A DNA stretch of 64,000 nucleotides from a bacterium (GTDB lineage Bacteria; Zhuqueibacterota; Zhuqueibacteria; Residuimicrobiales; Krinioviventaceae), in the NCBI GenBank assembly GCA_963693055.1, contig OY843751.1, positions 1,408,001 to 1,472,000 on the forward strand, in the 5' to 3' direction. Positions 30,018 to 39,393 of this stretch are shown here, in pieces. Numbering within the stretch: position 1 is the first letter of the stretch; each line of letters starts with the position of its first letter. The notes beneath the pieces are model-generated. The model saw only the letters and a program-made list of their open reading frames with translations. It made no database searches and was not told where the DNA came from. The position numbers and the translations under genes are program-made.

Positions 30018-30047
30018 CTGTACCCAAATATTTCAATTTGGGTGCAG
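30018..30047 (+). terminator. Intergenic stem-loop
   Basis: CTGTACCCAAAT-ATTTCA-ATTTGGGTGCAG. Confidence 0.5.
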
Positions 30048-30107
30048 AATTTTATAATATGTTTCGGTAAACATATAATAAATAATCATCATTGAAAGGG
30101 GCAACAA

Positions 30108-31214
30108 ATGAAAAAGTTAGTCGTTATTTTAATGCTGGTTGCAATGGTAGGATTTGCATTTGCAGCAAATGAAGCAACCGTAACAGAAGATGGAAACAAT
30201 AATTCCGCAACAGTAACCCAACGTGGTAATTTGAATGCCGGTACAGTTGATCAGAATGGTGATCAACATGTTGCTACACTTAGTCAATCCACTGCCAGTA
30301 ATGAAGCATTTATCGGTCAATTGAATGGTAATAAAAATGAAGCACATGTAAACCAACAGGGTAGAGAAAATGCAGCAGATGTAAACCAAGGCATGATCGA
30401 AGGCTTGGATCCTACGTTTGCATCTAAAAATGTTTCTGGTAGCAATAACTTGACAAATTTGACCCAGGTTGGTAATGAAAACTATAATCAAACTGTACAA
30501 ACTGGTGATAAAAATGAAACAAATGTAAGTCAGGCCGGGCATCGTAATATTGCTTATTCATATCAGGGCTGGCCCTATGCACAATGGGGAGAAACATGGA
30601 CAACTTCCAGATTACAGAGCTACAATAGTGATGTAAGAATAAGCCAGGCAACAAATGACAATTATGGAGCAGTATGGCAGTATGGTGGCAACAGAAATAG
30701 TGCCACTGTTACACAACGAGTTGGTAATGCAAACTATGCAAGTATTGCACAAGGCTTTATCTATACTGATGGTGCTTATGATTTTGATCATCCAGTATAT
30801 GATACCAAAGACAATGATGCCGTTGTAACTCAGGCAGGTGCAAGTAACTCTACTCGTTTGTTTCAGTTGGGTGACAATAATAGTTTCACATTGACTCAAA
30901 ATGGTAATTCAAATACTGTTGGTGGGCGTGATCTTTCAGGTCTTGTTAATAAACGTAATGGTTATTTTGATCAATCAGGTGACAATAACTTGTTTTCAGG
31001 TTCTCAAAATGGTGGAGCAACTGTAGAAATTGCTAGTTATCAGAATGGTGATAATAATACAATTACCCTCTATCAAGGTACTAATGATGTAACAACATTA
31101 CAGCAAACAGGAAACTGGAATACTGCAACCAATACTCAATTGGGTGGTGGCCAGGTATCTAGTATTGCACAAACGGGTAATGGAAATACAGCATCTGTAA
31201 ATCAGGGACTGTAA
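30108..31214 (+). CDS. Curlin-repeat protein 4 (tandem duplicate of protein 3)
   Basis: Collinear with 28907-30010, with long identical blocks. Confidence 0.88.
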   Translation: MKKLVVILMLVAMVGFAFAANEATVTEDGNNNSATVTQRGNLNAGTVDQNGDQHVATLSQSTASNEAFIGQLNGNKNEAHVNQQGRENAADVNQGMIEGLDPTFASKNVSGSNNLTNLTQVGNENYNQTVQTGDKNETNVSQAGHRNIAYSYQGWPYAQWGETWTTSRLQSYNSDVRISQATNDNYGAVWQYGGNRNSATVTQRVGNANYASIAQGFIYTDGAYDFDHPVYDTKDNDAVVTQAGASNSTRLFQLGDNNSFTLTQNGNSNTVGGRDLSGLVNKRNGYFDQSGDNNLFSGSQNGGATVEIASYQNGDNNTITLYQGTNDVTTLQQTGNWNTATNTQLGGGQVSSIAQTGNGNTASVNQGL

Positions 31215-31222
31215 TCTTATAT

Positions 31223-31254
31223 TTTGCCTGGAGTATGATGCTACTCCAGGCAAA
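31223..31254 (+). terminator. Intergenic stem-loop
   Basis: TTTGCCTGGAGTA-TGATGC-TACTCCAGGCAAA; a second hairpin TTTGAATTCCAAA...TTTGGAATTCAAA follows at about 31263-31305. Confidence 0.6.
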
Positions 31255-31347
31255 TAAATTTGTTTGAATTCCAAAACTCATAGACACAGGGCTTTGGAAT
31301 TCAAATATTTTGTTGAAATGGAATTACTTAATGCTAGTGGAGTTTAT

Positions 31348-32328
31348 ATGAAAAAGCACCTGATTCAACTTTTGTTATTATTATTTGCAGGCTTGTTATT
31401 AGCAGCTGGTAATAGTGCTGATGTTGATCAAACGAACGATTATAATGATGCGTCTGTAGTTCAAACCGGTAATAATAATATTGCTGATGTAGATCAAGTT
31501 AGTACCGCTACAACCAGCAGTGAGGGTAACATTGCTGAAATAACTCAAGCCAGCAGTAATAATGATTTCACTGTTGACCAAACCGGCAAATCTAACGTTG
31601 CAATTATGAGTAATCAAGTGCGGAATGGAGCTGTCTCAAAAGTTTATCAGAATGGTGTTGATAACAGAGCTGAGGCAGAGCTGAAATCAAGTGGTTTCTT
31701 GACAGGAAAAAGCTTTACATCATTTCAGGAACAAATTGGAAATCATAATGTAACTTCCAGAATCAGAATGGATGGAATTAATAGCAGTACATACAATTTT
31801 CAATTTGGTGACTATAACCACTCTCACACTTCGATTTTGGGAAACAATAATTGGATATTGGTTACCCAGGGTGTGAGTTTTGCTGCGGCAGATCACAACT
31901 ATGTTTATAGTGAAACCGAAGGTAACAATAATGATGTTATTGTCGATCAGGTAGGCGATTTTAACAGAACGATTATTGTGCAGGAATTCCAATCCAATAC
32001 GAGTATTGTTGACTTGGATCAAACAAATGGTTCGAATGCTACCATTAAGCAGAACTCTCTCAAAATGGACAAGAATTATCAAAATGTTGTAAAGTTGAAC
32101 CAAACCAATAGTTCTTTTGCTACTATTAACCAAGGTGGTAGTAATGGCGGTGGTTATAATGTAGTTAAAGGATTGGGCACTGCAGAATTTGGACAATCGT
32201 TAAATGGAAGTATTTTGGACATTGATCAAATTGGCAATCATAATGTTGTAAGCTTGTATCAGGATGATGGTATTGCTACTGTAAGTCAAACTGGTAATAG
32301 TAATGATGTAATTATACATCAATATTGA
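31348..32328 (+). CDS. Curlin-repeat protein 5
   Basis: GGAG RBS, MKKHLIQLLLLLFAG signal peptide, curlin repeats; C-terminus similar to protein 1. Confidence 0.85.
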   Translation: MKKHLIQLLLLLFAGLLLAAGNSADVDQTNDYNDASVVQTGNNNIADVDQVSTATTSSEGNIAEITQASSNNDFTVDQTGKSNVAIMSNQVRNGAVSKVYQNGVDNRAEAELKSSGFLTGKSFTSFQEQIGNHNVTSRIRMDGINSSTYNFQFGDYNHSHTSILGNNNWILVTQGVSFAAADHNYVYSETEGNNNDVIVDQVGDFNRTIIVQEFQSNTSIVDLDQTNGSNATIKQNSLKMDKNYQNVVKLNQTNSSFATINQGGSNGGGYNVVKGLGTAEFGQSLNGSILDIDQIGNHNVVSLYQDDGIATVSQTGNSNDVIIHQY

Positions 32329-32415
32329 TTGCAAATTAATCAAGATTTCTTTTTTAAAGATTGTTTACCATGTGAAATTGGATTATTCTTGGCAAGTAAA
32401 ACCGTAAGGGTAAAA

Positions 32416-32949
32416 ATGAAATTGCCAAAATTTATAATTATTCTGGTTTTTGCATTATCGTTTCATCTTTATGCACAATATGATGTTAAAGTTGAACAGG
32501 ATGGAAATAATAATGAAATCCTAGTTAACCAGTCCGGATTGTTCAACAAGATCAATGTTTTACAACGAGCTGACAATTCCCGTTCCGTAATCAACCAAGA
32601 CGGAACGGGTAATGTCATTACTCAAATCAATGAGAATTCTGATTCGGGTGCAATAACCAAGCAAAAAGTTGTTCAGGATGGTGATTATAATTATTCAAGA
32701 ATCGATATTGATGGAGCTCAAACGCTTTCAGATTATAATACTACTATTTCTCAGGAATATGGTAATGGCAATGAAGCACAAATTACATCAATTGGGATGA
32801 AAAATGGTAGTAATTCAGAAAACGATTTACTGATTCAACAACATGGATCAAATAATTATGGTGATTTACAGGTTTATGGTATGGGGTTGGGAGGTAGTAT
32901 TATACAAACAGGTGATAATATGTCCGTAACAGTTATTCGTACAAATTAA
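32416..32949 (+). CDS. Short curlin-repeat protein 6 (possible CsgB-like nucleator)
   Basis: Signal peptide; VEQDGNNNEILVNQSG, INQDGTGN, IQQHGSNN, IIQTGDNMSVTVIR. Confidence 0.8.
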   Translation: MKLPKFIIILVFALSFHLYAQYDVKVEQDGNNNEILVNQSGLFNKINVLQRADNSRSVINQDGTGNVITQINENSDSGAITKQKVVQDGDYNYSRIDIDGAQTLSDYNTTISQEYGNGNEAQITSIGMKNGSNSENDLLIQQHGSNNYGDLQVYGMGLGGSIIQTGDNMSVTVIRTN

Positions 32950-33084
32950 AATAGAATAATTCCAGCATATTTCTCAATATTATTGCCTGATAGCTTAATC
33001 CATGTCATTCACACACTATTATCTTGCCAAAATAAAAGAGTATGACAGAGTTTATGAACAGGTTTTACTAACTCTAATGAATAG

Positions 33085-34185
33085 ATGAGAAATACAATTG
33101 GTAAATACATATATTATTTCATGCTTTTATCTTTTCCCTTTTCTTCAACAACTGCGCAGGAAATTTTAACTGTAATTCCCAATACAATTCAATTGGATCT
33201 GGTACCCGGCTATTTAGAAGTGGTTGATGTTAAAGTAATGAATACCTTTGACAAGGATTTGCAAATAAAAGTTGATTATGACACTACCTGGGTAGATGTT
33301 TCTCCATTCGAGTTCAGTCTTTTACCTGGTAATATGACCCAATTGCTGGTCTTTTTTTTCATTCCAACAGGTCAAACACCGGTTTCGAATGGTTCAATTA
33401 TTTTTAAAAATAAAAACAATAGCCAGGTTTTAAACAAAATTGATCTAATTCTAAACTCAACATCAACTAAATCTCAAAATATTGATAACCAAAATAATTA
33501 CGAACCGCCGAACACAAATAATGATAATTATATTAATCCCCAAATACTTGAGCTGCAGCAACAGATCCAGAAAGATCAGCTTGTGATTTCTGATCTGGAA
33601 AGCCAATTGAACAAAAAAGATTTAGAAATTGCCAAGTTGTTAGATGCAAATGAATCAAACTCGGATGAATTTGTACTTGCTTCATTTCCCAAGGTTGATG
33701 AAAATCAATCAGTGGGCTTTGATGCACTCAATTCTTTATACAATGTATTGCTTCGTGAGATGAATTCTGATCTAAAAAATAATAAAGCAGTACTTGACTT
33801 TTCCCAAAATAAAATATATTTTTCTATCTCAGGAGAGATCGCATTTATTTCTGGTGGAAATTATTTGAGATTGGAAGGGGAAAGGGTGTTGAATCGATTT
33901 TCAAACGTGTTGAAAAATTTTTCTTATAAAGATTTCAAGATTATGGTTGTTGGGCATACGGATTCGGTACAATATAAAGACGGTATGCGGCAGGAAACAT
34001 TTGGCAACTGGGAGCTATCTGCGCTTAGATCTGTCAAAGTAATCAAGCATTTACAGAAAATGTCCGATTATTCTGGTACTCATTTACTTGCATCCTGCCA
34101 GGCATCATATTCACCCATTGCTCCCAATAATACCAAAAATGGAAGGATTGCAAATCGGAGAATTGAAATTATTATTTCCTATTAA
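33085..34185 (+). CDS. OmpA/MotB-family peptidoglycan-binding protein with N-terminal Ig-like domain and coiled coil
   Basis: VVGHTDS, NWELSALRS, PIAPNNTKNGRIANRRIEIII; signal peptide. Confidence 0.85.
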   Translation: MRNTIGKYIYYFMLLSFPFSSTTAQEILTVIPNTIQLDLVPGYLEVVDVKVMNTFDKDLQIKVDYDTTWVDVSPFEFSLLPGNMTQLLVFFFIPTGQTPVSNGSIIFKNKNNSQVLNKIDLILNSTSTKSQNIDNQNNYEPPNTNNDNYINPQILELQQQIQKDQLVISDLESQLNKKDLEIAKLLDANESNSDEFVLASFPKVDENQSVGFDALNSLYNVLLREMNSDLKNNKAVLDFSQNKIYFSISGEIAFISGGNYLRLEGERVLNRFSNVLKNFSYKDFKIMVVGHTDSVQYKDGMRQETFGNWELSALRSVKVIKHLQKMSDYSGTHLLASCQASYSPIAPNNTKNGRIANRRIEIIISY

Positions 34186-34216
34186 ATATATTGTGACTAT
34201 CAAACTCTGCCATTAA

Positions 34217-35719
34217 ATGAGGTACGAAATGAAACTGAATGCAATGAAATGGATAATGCCTGTTGTGATAGCTCTGCTGGTTTTGATCAGTTGTACAGAA
34301 GATCCTATTGATCCTGTAACTACCGGAAATATAAGTGGGCAGGTAATACATTCTGAAACATTAGAACCCATATCCGGGGCAAATATTACTACAACACCTG
34401 CATCTATAGCAGTAAATACAGATATTTCTGGTAATTATCAAATTGAAGGTGTGGAACAAGGAACGATAACTGTCAAGGCTACCAAAACCGGATATAAATC
34501 TTCATCCATTAGTATACTGGTTGAACCCAGTCAGAATACAATAGCCAATATACAAATGTCTGAATCCACACAGACAAATGATGCACCAAATTCACCTTCT
34601 AGTCCGGTACCTGACAATGGTGCAAGTGATCAATCAACAAGCATTACTTTGACATGGCGTGCGAGTGATCCCAATTCTGATGATACGTTGTATTACGATG
34701 TATATCTGGGCAATTCAGGCCCTATGCATTTAATCTCAGAAAATCAAACAGATACAACCCTGGGATTAACAGATTTGAGTTATGGACACACATACCACTG
34801 GCAGGTTGTAGCAAGAGACCAGGAGGGATTAGAGACAAACAGCCCGGCATGGAGTTTTACTACGTCTGATTTCCCCCGGTATTCCATTGTTTTTGCATCA
34901 AACGTTGATGGTAACTATAATATTTTTACCGGTTCTGGTGATGGTGCGGATTCAATACGACTCACGATTGATCCCGGTAGAGATTGGTATCCCCGTTTTA
35001 GCCCGAATCGTGAAAAAATAGCGTTTACTTCGAATCGGAATGTTGAATCTCAGTTGTTTATTATGAATTATGATGGAAGCGATCTTGAACAAATCTCGAG
35101 TATACCTGTTGTGGGGTATAATAATTATGGAACAGGATTTTGTTGGAACCCAACTGGGCATAAGCTGTTATATGCCAACTATGAAAAATTATACAGGATT
35201 GATTCCGATGGAGATCAGTTAACACAAATTGCTACAGCACCCGAAAATCGTAATTTTTACGAAATGGATTGGTCGCCCGTTGGTGGAAAAATAGCGGCAA
35301 TTACTATGGGAAGTAATGTATATGATACTGAATTGTATATAATGAATGAAAATGGATCCAATATGACCTTGTTGCTTGATAATGTAACCGGTCGTATGGG
35401 GCATCCAACATTTTCGCCCGGTGGTGATCGGATTGCATATTATTATGATATCTCTGGTTACGAATCTGGGAATAACAGAATGCTTGACGCATGTATCCAT
35501 ATTATTGACATAGCAATGACTGATACCACAAACTTGTCAACTAATAAACCTGTTGGAACGAATGATATTGATCCTGTATGGACTCCTGATGGTGCACATA
35601 TCATTTTTACTAATGTTCCCAATGATAATTCTGGAAATCCATCGGTATGGATTATGAATACCAGCGGAGAGTCTCGTGAAAAATTGTTTGATAACGCACA
35701 AATGCCGGATTGGAGATAA
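34217..35719 (+). CDS. Lipoprotein with carboxypeptidase-regulatory-like, FN3-like and TolB-like (PD40) beta-propeller domains
   Basis: Lipobox LISC; GNISGQV..PISGA..TD.SGNY; TLTW.ASDP..YDVYLG..YHWQVVARD; PRFSPN, WNPTG, WSPVG, FSPGG, WTPDG, MPDWR. Confidence 0.87.
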   Translation: MRYEMKLNAMKWIMPVVIALLVLISCTEDPIDPVTTGNISGQVIHSETLEPISGANITTTPASIAVNTDISGNYQIEGVEQGTITVKATKTGYKSSSISILVEPSQNTIANIQMSESTQTNDAPNSPSSPVPDNGASDQSTSITLTWRASDPNSDDTLYYDVYLGNSGPMHLISENQTDTTLGLTDLSYGHTYHWQVVARDQEGLETNSPAWSFTTSDFPRYSIVFASNVDGNYNIFTGSGDGADSIRLTIDPGRDWYPRFSPNREKIAFTSNRNVESQLFIMNYDGSDLEQISSIPVVGYNNYGTGFCWNPTGHKLLYANYEKLYRIDSDGDQLTQIATAPENRNFYEMDWSPVGGKIAAITMGSNVYDTELYIMNENGSNMTLLLDNVTGRMGHPTFSPGGDRIAYYYDISGYESGNNRMLDACIHIIDIAMTDTTNLSTNKPVGTNDIDPVWTPDGAHIIFTNVPNDNSGNPSVWIMNTSGESREKLFDNAQMPDWR

Positions 35720-35748
35720 TCTCAGGTAATACTGATATGAAAATTAAG

Positions 35749-35778
35749 AAAAGGCCTCTTTAAAAAAGAGGCCTTTTT
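35749..35778 (+). terminator. Rho-independent (bidirectional) terminator ending the curli locus
   Basis: AAAAGGCCTCTTT...AAAGAGGCCTTTTT. Confidence 0.8.
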
Positions 35779-35929
35779 AGTACTGTAAGCAGTTAATACG
35801 GATTATATTAAAATTTGAATTGTTCTTAATGATTTTTAATGTTATTTTGAATTTTACAAACTCCCCATATTTACTATTAATTAGCCAATTCAGTTTTTTT
35901 TAATGAGTGTTTAAAATTAAGGTGTTATT

Positions 35930-36442
35930 ATGGCAAAAAAAACTAAAATCAGTTTCAGAGTTTTTCATCGGTATCTGGGTTTCTTTTTGGTAGGAATCTG
36001 GATTGTGTATGCTATTAGTGGAACCATATTGATCTTTCGTGATACAGATTATTTTAAACAGGAAAAATTGATTACCAAAGAAATTAAACCCAATGCTGAA
36101 TCAAGTGAATTGGGGCAATTGTTGGGAATCAGTCAGTTAAAAGTTGAAAAGGAAGAAGGAGATGTGATATATTTCAATACGGGTAGTTATAATAAAATAA
36201 CGGGCAAAGCAGAATATACTGTTTTAAAACTTCCCTATGTATTGGAACGTATGACCAATCTCCATAAGGTTAGGTCTGCTAATCCTTTATTCTTTATTAA
36301 TATTATTTTTGCTGCGTCATTATTGTTTTTTGTGATATCAGCATTCCGCATGTATCCTGCCAAATCTGCCATTTTCAAAAAAGGATTAATATTTACTTGT
36401 TGTGGTGTTGTGTTCACTTTGCTTCTTTTGTTTGTTGGGTAA
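35930..36442 (+). CDS. PepSY-associated TM helix membrane protein
   Basis: FRVFHRYLGFF...YAISG, MTNLHK, three TM helices. Confidence 0.75.
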   Translation: MAKKTKISFRVFHRYLGFFLVGIWIVYAISGTILIFRDTDYFKQEKLITKEIKPNAESSELGQLLGISQLKVEKEEGDVIYFNTGSYNKITGKAEYTVLKLPYVLERMTNLHKVRSANPLFFINIIFAASLLFFVISAFRMYPAKSAIFKKGLIFTCCGVVFTLLLLFVG

Positions 36443-36479
36443 TTAATTATAAATAGTGAAAATGTAATTTATTTGTTTG

Positions 36480-36506
36480 AGCCCCATTTTTTGGGGCTTT
36501 TTTTTT
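36480..36506 (+). terminator. Rho-independent terminator
   Basis: AGCCCCA-loop-TGGGGCT followed by poly-T. Confidence 0.75.
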
Positions 36507-36889
36507 ATTCGTGATGAAATTTATTTTTGCTTATCAGGGCATTATTAACCTGTCTGCAAGAATCTGTTCTGACTTTTTGATTTTGTCTTGTCAAGTTTCT
36601 GATAAATGTTTAGAATTATTTATCACGAGATCTTTTGGTTATTATTTTTTTCTCTATATTTTTGTAATTTATTAAATGAATAATTATGCTTGCTTGAGGA
36701 GTAAGAGTAATATTATATATTACCAAATTTGCACCAGCAAACTGATTAGAAAAAGAACTACAAGTGATCAGGGAGTATATGTTATAACTGATGAGCCCAG
36801 TTTTAATATCTGAATACAACTTGGTAAGTTTGTTGAAAAGAAACACAACCTGATAATATATAATAAATAAATATAATTTCAAGAGCCGG

Positions 36890-37697
36890 GAGTTATATTC
36901 AAATGTTGTGGATGACTTGAAAAGATAAATAAAAAAAGCGAATCCTATAGTTTTGTTTTTATTTTTTCCACCAAAAAAAACAAAAGGACACGCTATGAAA
37001 AGAAATACATTAACAAAGTTAAAAGTCCAAGAAGAAACCACAACATTTAAAGAAAATTTGGATGGAATCATTCGCAACGGTGCGTAACAATTATTAGCAA
37101 CAGCAATTGAGGCAAAAGTGTAAGAGTATATTGAGTGTTATTAAATATAAAGAGATGAGAAGGGGCACCGTCTGGCAGTTCGCAACGGTTTCATGCCGGA
37201 ACGGACAATCATGTCAAGTTCAGGTCCCATAACAATTCGGCAGCCGCGAGTGGATGATCGGAAACTTTGGACACCGCTTGATGTTGAAGGTTTTACAAGA
37301 GAGATATTGTCCAAGTATCTAAGACGGACACCCAGCCTGGATAATTTGATACCTGCCTTTTATTTACATGGCATTTCAACGCAGGATTTCCCGGCAGCAT
37401 TGTTAGCATATTAGAACTACCAATCCCGTTGAATCGACTTTTGCAACTGTGAGGTTGCGTACCAGACGGACAAAAGGTTGTGGTTCAAGTCAGGCGACTT
37501 TGACGATGGTTTATAAATTGGCTAAAGAAGCGGAAAAAGATGGCGGCGCTTGAGAGGTTACAAGTGGATCCCGTTTGTTGTTAAAGACGAAAAGTTTGTA
37601 GATGGAGTGCCTGAAAATGAGGATTTGTTTAAGTTGGCAGCTTGAGTTTTTGTTAAATAGATACGCTTTTTTGATCTACAACTATTGACAATAACTC
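36890..37697 (+). mobile_element. Internally deleted IS256-family element
   Basis: IRL GAGTTATATTCAAATGTTGTGGAT versus reverse complement of IRR GAGTTATTGTCAATAGTTGTAGAT (19/24); about 808 bp; no target duplication seen. Confidence 0.8.
36995..37645 (+). pseudogene. IS256 (Mutator) transposase pseudogene
   Basis: VRNGFMPERTI..GPITIRQPRVDDR, YLRRTPSLD..LYLHGIST-like segment, then a jump to RTTNPVESTFATVRLRT..KGCGS; several in-frame stops and frameshifts; central DDE region missing. Confidence 0.87.
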
Positions 37698-37724
37698 TTT
37701 TCATTGCTGTAAATGGTTAAAAAA

Positions 37725-39335
37725 TCACTTTAAGAGTATCATTTTTTTTACAATAATCGTTTTTTCTGTTTTCATTTTGTAGTAATAGATTCCGCTTACC
37801 AAATCAGAAGCGTTAAATTCAACTTTATTCAAACCAGCCGATTGATTTCCATTTACTAGCGTTGTTATTTTGCGACCCAACATGTTATAAACTGTGATGG
37901 TTACATGTCCGGATTCAGGCACTTCATAGCGAATGGTAGTAGTGGGATTAAAGGGGTTTGGATAGTTTTGAAACAACTCGTATTGAGTAGGAAGGATCTG
38001 TTCGGATTTGATATCTGTTGTATTCAAGTTACCTGAATATAAATAAATCTTACCGATTCTTGTATCTCCGGTGTGGTCAATTGAACTGACAAGTATATCC
38101 TTATAGCCATCGTAATTTACATCACCCGCGAGAGATATGGATTGGATGCCGTCAAAATAATCGCTGATATGCAGAGTATAGTCCGGCTCAGTATCCATTT
38201 CTGTTCCACCGAAAAAGAAATATATATTATTTTCATCACTAACCATAATGTCATCATAATCATCATGATTCATATTACCTGCACAGGCAGCGCTTTTCCC
38301 GAAATTAAATAGCGTATTTTCAATAATAACATCGGGAGTTGCATCCATATCGGTTCCACCATAGTAAATACAAACATAGCTGGAGGGTCCTACTGCTGAT
38401 CCCATATAAGGTGCTCCAACAATGATATCATCAAATCCATCATTGTTGATATCACCTGCAGATGCAATTGTATGTCCAATTCTTTGATCTCCCGACCCGG
38501 TAATGATAACGTCAGGATTTGAGTCCAGCGTATTGTTTCCAAAATAAATATAGATACGTCCTACATTCACGGTTTCGCCAGCTATTTCATAACCCGGGGC
38601 ACCAATGGCTATATCCGAGAAACCGTCGTTATTGACATCCCCGACAAAAGCGAGGCTTGTTCCAAAGTTGTTAAACTCGGCTTCACCTGTAAACATGAGT
38701 TCAGGTATTGTACCCATTGTTGGGCCACCAAAATAAAGATATACCCGACCTGTATGGGTGCCCTTTTTATCGTCACAATATGCACTGATAACAAAATCAT
38801 CATAACCGTCATTATTAAAGTCACCTGCATTTTTAACACAATTCCCAAAACCGCTTCCTGGTTTTCCATCGCTAAATGTTAATTTTGGTGTAAAAGTATC
38901 AACCAAAAACGGCAGATTACCAAAATAAAGTGCTGCTTTACCGGTAAAATAGAACCCTGTCTCACTGGTGTCATACGCGCAAACAATGATATCTGAAAAT
39001 CCATCATTATTCACATCTCCGGCAAAAGATACACTTTTACCCAAAAGTCCCTCATGATTTTGTCCGGTTATCGTATAATCAGCGTCTAAATCCATTTGTC
39101 TATTTCCCAAGTAAAGATATGCGTTACCTCGACCGTTGCATGGATCACTAATGATAATATCGTCATATCCATCCATATCAAAATCACCAGCATGTGAAGC
39201 ACAATATCCGAATGCATCATATTCGTTCATGCTTTTATTTAATTCAAGCAATAACTCTGATGGTTCCTGGGCGAATGAAAAATTGACAAGAACCAGCAAA
39301 ATTACTATATATAGCGATTTCATATCATTCTCCAT
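37725..39335 (-). CDS. FG-GAP (integrin-alpha-like) repeat protein with C-terminal T9SS-type sorting domain
   Basis: Repeated AGDVNNDGFSDI..GAP; LFQNYPNPFNPTTTIRY...SGIYYY...KKMILLK. Confidence 0.88.
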   Translation of the reverse strand: MENDMKSLYIVILLVLVNFSFAQEPSELLLELNKSMNEYDAFGYCASHAGDFDMDGYDDIIISDPCNGRGNAYLYLGNRQMDLDADYTITGQNHEGLLGKSVSFAGDVNNDGFSDIIVCAYDTSETGFYFTGKAALYFGNLPFLVDTFTPKLTFSDGKPGSGFGNCVKNAGDFNNDGYDDFVISAYCDDKKGTHTGRVYLYFGGPTMGTIPELMFTGEAEFNNFGTSLAFVGDVNNDGFSDIAIGAPGYEIAGETVNVGRIYIYFGNNTLDSNPDVIITGSGDQRIGHTIASAGDINNDGFDDIIVGAPYMGSAVGPSSYVCIYYGGTDMDATPDVIIENTLFNFGKSAACAGNMNHDDYDDIMVSDENNIYFFFGGTEMDTEPDYTLHISDYFDGIQSISLAGDVNYDGYKDILVSSIDHTGDTRIGKIYLYSGNLNTTDIKSEQILPTQYELFQNYPNPFNPTTTIRYEVPESGHVTITVYNMLGRKITTLVNGNQSAGLNKVEFNASDLVSGIYYYKMKTEKTIIVKKMILLK

Positions 39336-39393
39336 TTAAAAAATCTTGCAATGCACTATTCTTGATACTTGAATGTCCATGTTGCAAGCCTTT

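Noticed and set aside
26494-32196. Many Ile/Thr/Cys-rich minus-strand ORFs
   Set aside because: They are antisense by-products of the biased curlin codon usage.
25948-32949. Ice-nucleation, RTX or autotransporter interpretation of the N/Q/G repeats
   Set aside because: The repeat pattern and adjacency to csgEFG fit curlin; there are no GGXGXD or AGYGST motifs.
33085-34185. Flagellar stator MotB
   Set aside because: There is no motA or flagellar context and no MotB TM helix with the conserved Asp; it has a signal peptide and an Ig-like domain instead.
36616-37077. 153-aa minus-strand ORF
   Set aside because: It is low-complexity AT-rich sequence that crosses the IS256 end antisense to the transposase.
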